Source: a virus
Taxonomy: Duplodnaviria > Caudoviricetes
Virus record (IMG/VR): IMGVR_UViG_3300010214_000050
Location: 1-36,876 of that record
Direction: 5' to 3' (one strand)
DNA length: 36,876 bases
The notes beneath the pieces are model-generated. The model made no database searches, was not told where the DNA came from, and saw only the letters and a program-made list of their open reading frames with translations. Of this stretch, positions 15,884-23,979 are shown piece by piece. How positions within the stretch are numbered: position 1 is the first letter of the stretch; each line of letters starts with the position of its first letter. The translations under genes were made by a program, and so were the position numbers.

Positions 15884-16281
15884 CATTGAAGAAAAACAGA
15901 CTGAGTGAAGACAGCAAACGACTGCTTGCGCACATCCTGAAGCACGGCCCTCAGAACCTGTTTCAGCTTCGCCCTGTGACGGGCGAGCTGGAGGGCGACC
16001 TGGTCAAACGCCTGCGCAATCTGCGCACGGGCGGCTGGTTACAGCTTGTGGATGACGGGCCGCAGCTGTGCTGGGGCATCTGCAAGGACGCAATCCCTCT
16101 GTTTGAACAGGGGCTGGTTGCAAAGAGGTCCCGCAAGGGAGAGCCAAAGCCGATGGGTGAGATGCCCAAACAGCGCCAGATCAACGTGATGGAGGGCGAA
16201 TACAAGACCACGCCATTCACGCCGCCCCGCAAGGGTTCACTGGATTTCAGGGACATCGCCAGCCGTGGCGTGCGCTGCTGA
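15880..16281 (+). CDS. Winged-helix-like hypothetical protein
   Basis: LLAHILKHGP...KRLRNLRTGGWL pattern; C-terminal RKGSLDFRDIASRG. Confidence 0.7.
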   Translation: MTLKKNRLSEDSKRLLAHILKHGPQNLFQLRPVTGELEGDLVKRLRNLRTGGWLQLVDDGPQLCWGICKDAIPLFEQGLVAKRSRKGEPKPMGEMPKQRQINVMEGEYKTTPFTPPRKGSLDFRDIASRGVRC

Positions 16282-16297
16282 TAGGAGCACTGAGGCC

Positions 16298-16579
16298 ATG
16301 AGCACAACCCAAGAAATGCCGCAAATGACGCTCGAGGAGTTCGAGCTGGAGTCCACCGCGCTGGCAATCGAGTTTCTGTCGGTCATGAGTGGCAGAACTG
16401 TTCCAACAGGCGTTGTCATGCAGGCGGTGATGGAAGTGCATCGCTGCGTTGCCCGGCAAATGCCTTTGGATGCCCAGGCCGAACTTTCCATGGCAATGGC
16501 GGCCTATGCAGGCGAGCTGATGCAAGGACTCAAGCCTGCGCCCGTACCTAACTCATCCCAATCGGCCAATTTGCACTGA
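16298..16579 (+). CDS. Hypothetical protein
   Basis: AGGAG/GAGG upstream of ATG 16298; fills the operon gap. Confidence 0.7.
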   Translation: MSTTQEMPQMTLEEFELESTALAIEFLSVMSGRTVPTGVVMQAVMEVHRCVARQMPLDAQAELSMAMAAYAGELMQGLKPAPVPNSSQSANLH

Positions 16580-16593
16580 AGGAGCAACAACAA

Positions 16594-17223
16594 ATGACAC
16601 AACAAAATATTCTGCAAACCCTTCCCGAAGGCTATTGGGAGAACGCCAAGGGCAACCTGGTGCCGGAATCCAAGGTCAAGCCTATCGACAAGCTGCGCGA
16701 TCAGCTGGTGAAGGACCTGTGCGATCGCGCCGAGGTCAGGAGCCAAGACCTCGGCAAATTCAAGCTGGAAACGCTGGGTGATGTGCATGCATTCATCGAG
16801 GCCAGCGTGGAACAGTACGGGGTAAAAGCTGGCGGCAAAAAGGGCAACGTCACGCTGATGTCTTTTGACGGAAAGCGGAAGGTATTGCTGCAGATGCAGG
16901 ATCGCATCACCTTCGGCGAGCAACTGCAGGCGGCAAAGGTACTGATCGACCAGTGCGTGACACGCTGGTCGGCGGGCTCGAATGACAACATCAAGGTGCT
17001 GATCACCGATGCATTCCAGGTGGACAAGGAAGGGCTGATCAACACCGGCCGCGTCTTGGGCCTGCTGCGCCTGGATATCCAGGACGAAGATTGGAAGATG
17101 GCCATGAAGGCCATTGCCGACAGTCGCCAGGTAGCGGACACCAAGCCCTACCTGCGCTTCTACAAGCGCGCCGAAGTCAGCGCCGAATGGAAGCCCATCA
17201 GCTTGGATATGGCGGCCGTATGA
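16594..17223 (+). CDS. DUF3164 family protein
   Basis: GYWENAKGNLVPES, GGKKGNVTLMSFDG, AFQVDKEG, KPYLRFY, ISLDMA. Confidence 0.9.
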   Translation: MTQQNILQTLPEGYWENAKGNLVPESKVKPIDKLRDQLVKDLCDRAEVRSQDLGKFKLETLGDVHAFIEASVEQYGVKAGGKKGNVTLMSFDGKRKVLLQMQDRITFGEQLQAAKVLIDQCVTRWSAGSNDNIKVLITDAFQVDKEGLINTGRVLGLLRLDIQDEDWKMAMKAIADSRQVADTKPYLRFYKRAEVSAEWKPISLDMAAV

Positions 17224-17654
17224 GCATAGCGAGCACCCTTATGAAGTGCTGTCGCTGCCGCAATCAGCACACGAAGGCAGATCGCATTGATGTGCCCAGC
17301 AAGAAATTTACCAATGCCACCGAGTCCACTTGCCCGAAATGCAGTGCTCGGAGCTTCTACGACATGACGCCGCAAGTAGCTTGGTGCTGGGCATCGGGGT
17401 TGATCGAGTTCGGCAGTGAACTGCCCAGTGCTGAGGCCATCGAGATTGCACGCGGTCCTCATTACGCCATCAAAGGACAGGTCGGCGTGCATGCGCGTCA
17501 CGGCTACGGCGAGAACAGGGGAAAGCTGCTGGTACCTGGCGTGCCAGAAGCAGTCAATCAGCTTGCGGGCCTTGAAGCTGTCGATCGCTGGCTGAAGCAG
17601 ATCAACAAGCGCAAGCCATGCGATGGCGTGACGTTCTCAAAGGAAGTTCAATGA
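17220..17654 (+). CDS. Zn-ribbon (CxxC...CxxC) protein with conserved Mu-like early domain
   Basis: KCCRCRN...CPKCS, then AWCWASGLIEFG...LLVPGVPEA; ATG 17220 overlaps the upstream stop. Confidence 0.75.
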   Translation: MSIASTLMKCCRCRNQHTKADRIDVPSKKFTNATESTCPKCSARSFYDMTPQVAWCWASGLIEFGSELPSAEAIEIARGPHYAIKGQVGVHARHGYGENRGKLLVPGVPEAVNQLAGLEAVDRWLKQINKRKPCDGVTFSKEVQ

Positions 17655-17959
17655 GCGAGTCAATGAAGCGCAAGGTGCGCGTCACCATCACCAAGGAAAT
17701 CGAGATCGAGCTGACCCCAGCTGTATTTGGTGGCCTTTGCCAGGAACAGTATCTCGAAGAGTTTCGCAAGAGTCTCTGGCAGATCGAAGGCATCGAAGAC
17801 GTCTTTACGTATGCCGCTGAAATGGCGGCTCACCACGGCGGGGGCTACCAGCATGACGGTCTGGGCCTGCTGAGCGAGCACTTCAGCACCCACCCACGCG
17901 TTCCAGATGTGAAGTTCAACGTGTTGGAAGAAGACACTGAATCGGAGTTCATCGAATGA
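17651..17959 (+). CDS. Hypothetical protein
   Basis: ATGA overlaps on both sides; AGGA RBS. Confidence 0.72.
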   Translation: MSESMKRKVRVTITKEIEIELTPAVFGGLCQEQYLEEFRKSLWQIEGIEDVFTYAAEMAAHHGGGYQHDGLGLLSEHFSTHPRVPDVKFNVLEEDTESEFIE

Positions 17960-18945
17960 TCAAGAACGCCATCTCCTACCGCATTGCGCCCACCTGGGCG
18001 CCTGACCTGCAGGCCCTGGAAGCAGCTCTGCAGAAGACTCTGTTTGCCGAGTGTGGCGCAACCCAGGAGCGCTCAGTAGGCTGGGTGCCGCCTCGGGGCG
18101 ATCAGCATGGCCTGCTGGCCGAGTCCGTAGCTGGCCAGTGGATGCTCCGTTTCATGACCGAGGAAAAGCTGCTGCCTGCCAGCGTGCTCAACCGCAAGGT
18201 CAACGAAAAAGCAGATGCCATCGAGAAAGCCGAAGGCCGCAAGCCCGGCAAGAAGGAAAAGAAGGAGCTCAAGGACGAGGCCAAGCTGGACCTGCTGCCC
18301 ATGGCCTTCACCAAGCAGGGCGCCATGTGGGTCTGGATCGACCCACAGGCCCGCTTGCTGTTGCTCGACACCAGCGCCCAAGGTCGTGCAGACGAGATCG
18401 TGTCGCTGCTGGTCGAAGGCCTGCCAGGCTTTGCGCTGGCCCTGGTCGATACCCAGACCAGCCCGCAGGCAGCCATGGCCCACTGGCTGGTCACGCAGGA
18501 ACCGCCTGCAGGCTTTTCGATTGACCGACAGTGCGAGCTCGTGGCTGCTGACGAGTCCAAGGCCGTGGTGCGCTATGCACGCCATCCCCTGGATATCGAC
18601 GAGGTGCGCAAGCACATCGAGCACGGCAAGCTGCCGACCAAGTTGGCCATGACCTGGGACGACCGCGTGAGCTTTGTTCTGAACGACAACCTGCAGCTGC
18701 ACGGCATCACGATGCTGGACGCGGTCATGGATGGGCAGTCTCAGGACGATGGCGGCTTCGATACCGATGTGTCCATCACCACGGGTGAGCTGTCGCGCAT
18801 GCTCCCGGATCTGATCGAAGCTCTGGGCGGCGAGGGCCGAATCGGTCTGGGTAATCTGCCGGCGTCGTTACAGGCCACGGTGACCGGGCCGAGCAGCGTG
18901 GCCACCGATGCATCCGACAATTCGGCACCTTGGGAGGCTGCGTAG
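17956..18945 (+). CDS. rdgC: Recombination-associated protein RdgC
   Basis: SVGWVPPRG, EEKLLPASV, LLPMAFTK, LPTKLAMTWDDRVSFVL, LIEALGGE. Confidence 0.93.
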   Translation: MIKNAISYRIAPTWAPDLQALEAALQKTLFAECGATQERSVGWVPPRGDQHGLLAESVAGQWMLRFMTEEKLLPASVLNRKVNEKADAIEKAEGRKPGKKEKKELKDEAKLDLLPMAFTKQGAMWVWIDPQARLLLLDTSAQGRADEIVSLLVEGLPGFALALVDTQTSPQAAMAHWLVTQEPPAGFSIDRQCELVAADESKAVVRYARHPLDIDEVRKHIEHGKLPTKLAMTWDDRVSFVLNDNLQLHGITMLDAVMDGQSQDDGGFDTDVSITTGELSRMLPDLIEALGGEGRIGLGNLPASLQATVTGPSSVATDASDNSAPWEAA

Positions 18946-19433
18946 TGTCCTTTAATGCGTCAATGAACGATTTGGACGGGGCTGCAAGCGCTGTTTGTAG
19001 TGCGGTCAGTACCAGCGCTAGTCCCAAGGGCTCCGAGCGCTCCTACGGCCCAGATTCCATGCCTGCCGATTTGCTGGAATTTGTGCGTGGGCAATCCGTC
19101 CGTCATGCGGCTGACGCCCTGCGTCTTTCCTTGGGCACGGTCCACCGGCTGGTGCAAGGCTATTGGCCCAATGACCCCCGTAAGATCATCGAAGCATGGA
19201 TTGCACACAAGGGACGCTCCGGTCGCATTGCGTCGTCCTGGTTCCTGCGCCGCGTTCGCGCTGGCGGCGTGGTCAACCACGCGGGCCAGCAGTGGACTGC
19301 GCCAGGTCTGTCCATTCGCTGTGGCGAACTGCTGGCAGTGGCCAGAGGTGCTGATGGCAGCTTGCTGGCCCAGACGCTCGAGCTGCCTGCCAATCGTCTG
19401 CAACTTTCGCAATTGGCGGGAGGTGCCATATGA
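18945..19433 (+). CDS. HTH protein with a Mu-transposase C-terminal-like beta domain (start uncertain: GTG 18945 or ATG 19059)
   Basis: SVRHAADALRLSLGTVHRLVQG HTH, then FLRRVRAGGVVNHAGQQW; stop overlaps the gemA start. Confidence 0.65.
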   Translation: MSFNASMNDLDGAASAVCSAVSTSASPKGSERSYGPDSMPADLLEFVRGQSVRHAADALRLSLGTVHRLVQGYWPNDPRKIIEAWIAHKGRSGRIASSWFLRRVRAGGVVNHAGQQWTAPGLSIRCGELLAVARGADGSLLAQTLELPANRLQLSQLAGGAI

Positions 19434-19864
19434 AGGTGAACTACACGGCAGCCATTCACACGATCAAGTCAAAGCTCAAGCTCAGCGATGACGACTATCG
19501 TGCGTTGCTGATGAACCTCACCGGCAAGAGCAGCAGCAAGGACATGAACCAGACTGAGCAGCGCTCAGTGCGTGACCACCTGCAGGGCCTTGCCGAGCGC
19601 ATGGGCGTGGCCCTGCCCACGCGACGCCGCCCGCTGAGCCAGACAGCTTTCGACCAGGTCAAGAAGCAGACCAGCCCCAAGGAGCGCAAGGTTTGGGCGC
19701 TGTGGAACCAGCTGTACCACAACGGCAAGCTGCGTGACAGCAGCGCTGCATCGCTCAATGCCTGGGTACAGCGCACGGTAGGCGTCTCCGCGCTGCGCTT
19801 TGCCAACGGCGCCCAGCTCGACACGCTGATCGAGGGCCTGAAATCCTGGGGAGAAAGGGAGTAA
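19430..19864 (+). CDS. gemA: GemA / gp16 (DUF1018) family protein
   Basis: IHTIKSKLKLSDDDYRALL...TGKSSSKDM; KVWALW...LNAWVQR...LIEGLKSW. Confidence 0.9.
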   Translation: MKVNYTAAIHTIKSKLKLSDDDYRALLMNLTGKSSSKDMNQTEQRSVRDHLQGLAERMGVALPTRRRPLSQTAFDQVKKQTSPKERKVWALWNQLYHNGKLRDSSAASLNAWVQRTVGVSALRFANGAQLDTLIEGLKSWGERE

Positions 19865-19866
19865 CG

Positions 19867-20295
19867 ATGGCACGCAAATTTCTGACTGCAGCCGAAGCCG
19901 ATGTCCTTACCGCGATCCTTCCGCCCGGAATGACCCGTGAAATGAAAGATGTTGCCTACTGCCTGTTCGAAGCGCTGGCCCTGATGGACGGTCGCGCCGG
20001 CCAGGCCAAGCCAGACCAGGCTTGGGCGCAGAAGCTGCAGGCCGTTGCCAATATGTCGGTGGTGCAGCTGCAGCACTTGGCCCACGAAAAAGGTGGCCGT
20101 ACCATCTACCTGTCGCGCGGTCTGGCAATGCAGCTCAGCGCCCGCGACCGAGAGATGTGCGCAAAGTTTCGAGGCAACTACGACGAGCTGGCCGACGAGT
20201 ACGATCTCACTCCAATGCGTGTTCGCCAGATCGTGGACACCTACCAGCGAGAGATGTTTTTAAGCCGTCAGCAGCAACTGCCCGGCCTGGACTGA
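19867..20295 (+). CDS. mor: Mor/C-family transcription activator
   Basis: GGRTIYL...RDREM...FRGNYDELADEYDLTPMRVRQIV...RQQQL; follows gemA. Confidence 0.92.
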   Translation: MARKFLTAAEADVLTAILPPGMTREMKDVAYCLFEALALMDGRAGQAKPDQAWAQKLQAVANMSVVQLQHLAHEKGGRTIYLSRGLAMQLSARDREMCAKFRGNYDELADEYDLTPMRVRQIVDTYQREMFLSRQQQLPGLD

Positions 20296-20301
20296 CCCCG
20301 A

Positions 20302-20354
20302 GGGCGGCGCGCAACGCGCCAGCCCATCGCCCGGTGCAACGCCTGGTGAAATTT
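20302..20354 (+). terminator. Tandem GC-rich hairpins at the end of the early/middle operon (possible terminator)
   Basis: GGGC-GGCGCG-CAA-CGCGCC-A-GCCC and TCGCCCGGTG-CAA-CGCCTGGTGA; only a weak U tract follows. Confidence 0.45.
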
Positions 20355-20407
20355 AGTAAAGCGCTTTACTTATAGCGAAAGCCCCGTCCGCAAGACCATG
20401 CGGGACA
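20355..20407 (+). promoter_or_regulatory. Late promoter 2 (head/tail operon)
   Basis: AGTAAAGCGCTTTACT (20355-20370), 23 nt, GACCAT (20394-20399), 7 nt, ATG 20407. Confidence 0.8.
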
Positions 20408-21429
20408 TGGGCAACAAAACCACCCCCTCCCAATTTCCCGACGGCCTGGAGATCTTTCAAGCCGGATCTCGCACGGCCACCAACGGACAGGTCTATGTGA
20501 TCAGCGAGTCCGATGTTGCGGCCACGGCCGCTGCCTACGACCCCGCCGTCCACGAGGCCCCTCTGGTCATTGGCCATCCTGAAGACGACCACCCCGCATG
20601 GGGCTGGGTCACCAAGCTGTCGGCCGAAGGCGGGACGCTCAAGTCCAGCCATCAGCAAATCGACCCCTCGTTCGCTGAGTACTACGGCGCCGGTCGCGTC
20701 AAGAAGCGCAGCGCCGCCTTCTACCACCCCGAAGACCCGGCCAATCCGAAGCCCGGCGTCTATTACCTGCGCCATGTCGGCTTCCTGGGTGCCCAGCCGC
20801 CAGCCGTCAAAGGCCTGCGAGATCCCAAGTTTGCCGAAGGCGGAAACGACACCGCATTCGGACTCATCTTTTTTTCCGAGCAACCCACCCCCAACCAGGA
20901 GCACCCATCCATGACCGAAGCCGAACGAATCGAAGCCGAGCGCAAAGCCAAGGAAGAAGCCGAGCGCAAGGCTGCCGAGGAAGCGCAGAAGACCGCCACG
21001 GCTGTCGCTGAGCGCGACCAGGCGCGCGCCCAATTGGCTCAGTTCGCTGAGCAGCAAAAGCGTGACCGACATACCGCCAACGTCTCGTTTGCGGAAACCC
21101 AGGTCAAGGCCGGCCGCCTGATGCCCAAGGACAAAGACATGGCTGTGGCCACGTTGGACCGCCTGGCCGAGGTCGAGCCGGTGGAGTTTTCCGAAGGCGA
21201 TACCAAACGCAAGGTCAGCCCCTCTGCCTGGCTGCAGGAGCTGATCGCTGGCAGCAAGCCCTCGGTCGATTTCAGCGAGCACGGCGGTGGCCAAGTGCCC
21301 GAAGGCGAGCAAGGCAGCGCCAAGGGCAAGAGCGACGCCGAGATCGACAAGGCCGCCAAGGCCTACGCCAACAAGCACAACGTGAGCTACGCCGAGGCGG
21401 TGAGCAAGGTTGTGTCTTTCGAGGGCTGA
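20407..21429 (+). CDS. Prohead protease/scaffold (Mu gpI-like)
   Basis: LEIFQAG, YDPAVHEAPLVIGHP, PAWGWV, KKRSAAFY, YLRHVGFLGAQPPAVKGL. Confidence 0.92.
   Translation: MGNKTTPSQFPDGLEIFQAGSRTATNGQVYVISESDVAATAAAYDPAVHEAPLVIGHPEDDHPAWGWVTKLSAEGGTLKSSHQQIDPSFAEYYGAGRVKKRSAAFYHPEDPANPKPGVYYLRHVGFLGAQPPAVKGLRDPKFAEGGNDTAFGLIFFSEQPTPNQEHPSMTEAERIEAERKAKEEAERKAAEEAQKTATAVAERDQARAQLAQFAEQQKRDRHTANVSFAETQVKAGRLMPKDKDMAVATLDRLAEVEPVEFSEGDTKRKVSPSAWLQELIAGSKPSVDFSEHGGGQVPEGEQGSAKGKSDAEIDKAAKAYANKHNVSYAEAVSKVVSFEG
20911..21429 (+). CDS. Nested in-frame scaffolding protein (Mu gpZ-like)
   Basis: Internal CAGGAG RBS before in-frame ATG 20911, at the start of the charged helical region. Confidence 0.65.
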   Translation: MTEAERIEAERKAKEEAERKAAEEAQKTATAVAERDQARAQLAQFAEQQKRDRHTANVSFAETQVKAGRLMPKDKDMAVATLDRLAEVEPVEFSEGDTKRKVSPSAWLQELIAGSKPSVDFSEHGGGQVPEGEQGSAKGKSDAEIDKAAKAYANKHNVSYAEAVSKVVSFEG

Positions 21430-21460
21430 TTCCCCCAACTTCCCAGAAGGAAACCACAAC

Positions 21461-22417
21461 ATGATGACGCTCGACGAAATCCGTCTCAAAGCCAATCCGG
21501 TGCTCACCAACCTGTTGCTCGGCCGTGGCCAGGGCACTATGGTGGCTGATCGTTTGTTCCCCCGCCTGCCGCAGTCGCTGAGCACGGTGACCATTGCCAA
21601 GATGGGCGATGCCGCCCGTCGCCGCTACAACCTGCGCCGCGCCCCTGGTACTGCCACCAAGCAGATCACCATCAACTTCGAGGGCAAGCTCTACACCGTC
21701 AAGCAACACGCGGTGGAAGTACCTATCCCGCGCGAGCTGATCCGCGAATCCGACGAAGCCAAGAAGCTCAATCTCGCACCCAATATCGGCATCTCCACCG
21801 TGGCCATGACCACGGCGCGCGATGTCCTGAACCTGGACTACGAGATCGAGGCGGCCGAGTTCGCTACCGACCCCAGCAGCTTTGCACCCGGTCATTCCAA
21901 GGCCCTGGCCGGTGCTGAGAAGTGGTCTGCGCCCACAGGCACGCCTGTGACAGACATCCTGGCGGCCTCCAACGTGATCCGCAAGAAAGTCGGCCGCCGC
22001 CCGAACAAGCTGATGCTCTCGGCTGATGCAGAAACCGCTCTGATCTCCAATGCCGAGGTCAAGAGCTACCTGCCGTCCACGCAGATGGGCCCGGCGACTC
22101 TGGAGCAGCTCAAGACGATCCTTAAGGTCAAGGAGATCGTCGTGGGCGATGCCTCCTATACGGACGAAGACGACGAAGGTCATGACGTGTGGGGCAACGC
22201 GGCCGTGCTGGCTTACGCGCCCGACATCCCAGCCTCCGGCGAATTCAGCCTGGCAGAGCCCGCTTTCGGCTTTACCAACGTCATCGAAGGCCATCCCTTC
22301 AGCGAAACGCCCGTGTACCGCGAAACGCAAAAGAGCTGGATCTATGGCGGCACCTTCGAGCGCGCACCCAACATCGCTTACCCCGATGCCGGCTTCTTGT
22401 TCCTGAACCCGAACTAA
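21461..22417 (+). CDS. Major capsid protein
   Basis: NPVLTNLLLG...ADRLFP, NLRRAPG, GRRPNKLML, VWGNAAVLAY, PAFGFT; follows the protease; strongly biased codon usage. Confidence 0.9.
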   Translation: MMTLDEIRLKANPVLTNLLLGRGQGTMVADRLFPRLPQSLSTVTIAKMGDAARRRYNLRRAPGTATKQITINFEGKLYTVKQHAVEVPIPRELIRESDEAKKLNLAPNIGISTVAMTTARDVLNLDYEIEAAEFATDPSSFAPGHSKALAGAEKWSAPTGTPVTDILAASNVIRKKVGRRPNKLMLSADAETALISNAEVKSYLPSTQMGPATLEQLKTILKVKEIVVGDASYTDEDDEGHDVWGNAAVLAYAPDIPASGEFSLAEPAFGFTNVIEGHPFSETPVYRETQKSWIYGGTFERAPNIAYPDAGFLFLNPN

Positions 22418-22429
22418 GGAGCAGCCACC

Positions 22430-22972
22430 ATGACTTTGATCGCAAAGATCCTCATCGTGGCCAGCACCGTGGGTGCTGACGGCAAAACGGTGCGTAAAGA
22501 GTTCAAGCCCGGTGCAGAAGTGACGGGCCTGAGCGACCACGACGAGCGCGAGCTGCTGAAGATGAAGGCGCTGGTCGACACGGACCGTGAAGAAGCCAAC
22601 GGCCAGTACGACGCCATGCGTGCTGAGCACGCGCAACGGGAATTCGAGCGCGAGCGCCAGGCTGTCCTGCAAAAGCGTGGGTCCACCGAGATGCCTGCTG
22701 GGCCCCTCACCAGCACTGACGGCACGGGCCAGACAGGAACCTTGGCCGACGGCGCCGGCGGCGATGGTGCTGCTGGCGACGGCCAAGGTGCCCTGGGAGG
22801 CCAGGACAGCGCCATCGCTGGCGACGGTCAGGGAACCCAGGGCAGCAGCGCTGGCGAGTCCGCAGCACCTGCGCCCGACGCATCTGCAGCTTCCGCTCCC
22901 ACACCGGCCCCCGCACCTGCTCCTGCTGAGCAGTCCAAGGGCACAGGCAAGGGCGCCCCGAAGCGCAACTGA
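22430..22972 (+). CDS. Hypothetical head-associated protein with Gly/Ala/Pro low-complexity tail
   Basis: AAGGAG RBS; AGDGQG repeats and PAPAPAP stretch. Confidence 0.75.
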   Translation: MTLIAKILIVASTVGADGKTVRKEFKPGAEVTGLSDHDERELLKMKALVDTDREEANGQYDAMRAEHAQREFERERQAVLQKRGSTEMPAGPLTSTDGTGQTGTLADGAGGDGAAGDGQGALGGQDSAIAGDGQGTQGSSAGESAAPAPDASAASAPTPAPAPAPAEQSKGTGKGAPKRN

Positions 22973-23071
22973 CAACCACCCCGAGAGAGAAGCTGCCCCC
23001 GGTCCAGGTCATGAGTACCTGGCCGGGTTGGGCCAGTAGGAAACCCTTTTACATCGACCTGGAGCGAAACC
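22973..23071 (+). ncRNA. Candidate structured RNA element downstream of the capsid gene block
   Basis: About 100-nt intergenic region with stem CCCGG-T-CCAGGT / ACCTGG-CCGGG (22998-23027); no U tract directly after the stem. Confidence 0.4.
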
Positions 23072-23464
23072 ATGGCATCTCAGAACAACCCCGGCCGCCA
23101 GTTTGACAAGCAGCACGCGGTCACCATCGTGGCCACGGCCATCATCGAGAAGTACCGCTTTGTCGGCTACAACGGCCAGCACGCCACCAGCGCGGGCGGC
23201 GTACATGACTCCCAGGGAACCAGCGAGTACGGTGCTCCTGTGGGCGAGGCCTTCTCGGCCATCACCAGCTATTCCGGCCTGGTGGAGATCGCGGCGGGCC
23301 AGACCATTGCCTTTGGCGATCCGGTCAAGCCAGCGGCCGACGGCAGCGGCAAGGCTGCTCTGGGCGACTCCGATGACAACTGCGGCCGCGCCCTGGGCGC
23401 CGGTACCGAAGGCCACATCATCGAGGTCCAGATCCAGCGCCACGTTCACCCGGCAACCCCCTGA
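23072..23464 (+). CDS. Capsid decoration/cement protein (DUF2190-like)
   Basis: 130 aa beta-rich Gly/Ala protein; IAFGDPVKPAADGSGKA...GRALGAGTEGHIIEV. Confidence 0.75.
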   Translation: MASQNNPGRQFDKQHAVTIVATAIIEKYRFVGYNGQHATSAGGVHDSQGTSEYGAPVGEAFSAITSYSGLVEIAAGQTIAFGDPVKPAADGSGKAALGDSDDNCGRALGAGTEGHIIEVQIQRHVHPATP

Positions 23465-23484
23465 CCTGACGGCAGGCCAATCGC

Positions 23485-23979
23485 ATGAGTTACGCCACCG
23501 TCGCCGACATGGTTGCCCGTTTTGGTCAGCTGGAGCTTGTCCAGCTCACTGACACGGACAACATTCCGCCCAGCACCGTAGACGAAGCCCGCGTCGGGCT
23601 GAAGCTGGAAGACGCCTCGTCTTTCATCGACGGCTATGTGGGCCAGGTCTACCGCCTGCCGCTGCAGGGCTGCCGCAAGCCACTGATCCCAGGCCAGCCG
23701 GTGGAATACGCCATGCCGCCCGTCCTGGTGCGCATGGCTTGCGATGTGGCTCGCTACTACCTGCACGACGACCTGGCGCCTGAAAACGAGGTGTACCGCC
23801 GCTACAAGGCCGTCATCGCCGAGCTGGATGCCATCGCCATGGGCAAGTCCATGCTGTCCTGCCCCTGGGGCGGATCGCCTGGCGTGCTGGTGGCGGCCGA
23901 CGCCCAGCAAGGCACTGACGTGCACTTCGATTTCAGCCCGCGCGCTGTGACAGACGACACCCTGCGGGGGTTCGGCTGA
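23485..23979 (+). CDS. Head-tail adaptor (Mu gp36 / DUF1320)
   Basis: MSYATVADMVARFG...ELVQLTD, ASSFIDGYV, ACDVARYYL. Confidence 0.92.
   Translation: MSYATVADMVARFGQLELVQLTDTDNIPPSTVDEARVGLKLEDASSFIDGYVGQVYRLPLQGCRKPLIPGQPVEYAMPPVLVRMACDVARYYLHDDLAPENEVYRRYKAVIAELDAIAMGKSMLSCPWGGSPGVLVAADAQQGTDVHFDFSPRAVTDDTLRGFG

Noticed and set aside
20296-20406. Anti-CRISPR locus expected just upstream of the protease gene, as in D3112-like phages
   Set aside because: Only about 110 nt separate mor from the protease gene, filled by hairpins and the promoter; no acr/aca ORF fits.
22730-22930. Short GCTGGCGACGG and GCACC-type DNA repeats
   Set aside because: They encode low-complexity AGDGQG/PAPA linkers and are irregularly spaced; not a CRISPR array.
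20353-22975. 415-aa and 567-aa minus-strand ORFs
   Set aside because: Antisense shadows of the protease, capsid and following gene, caused by strong codon bias.
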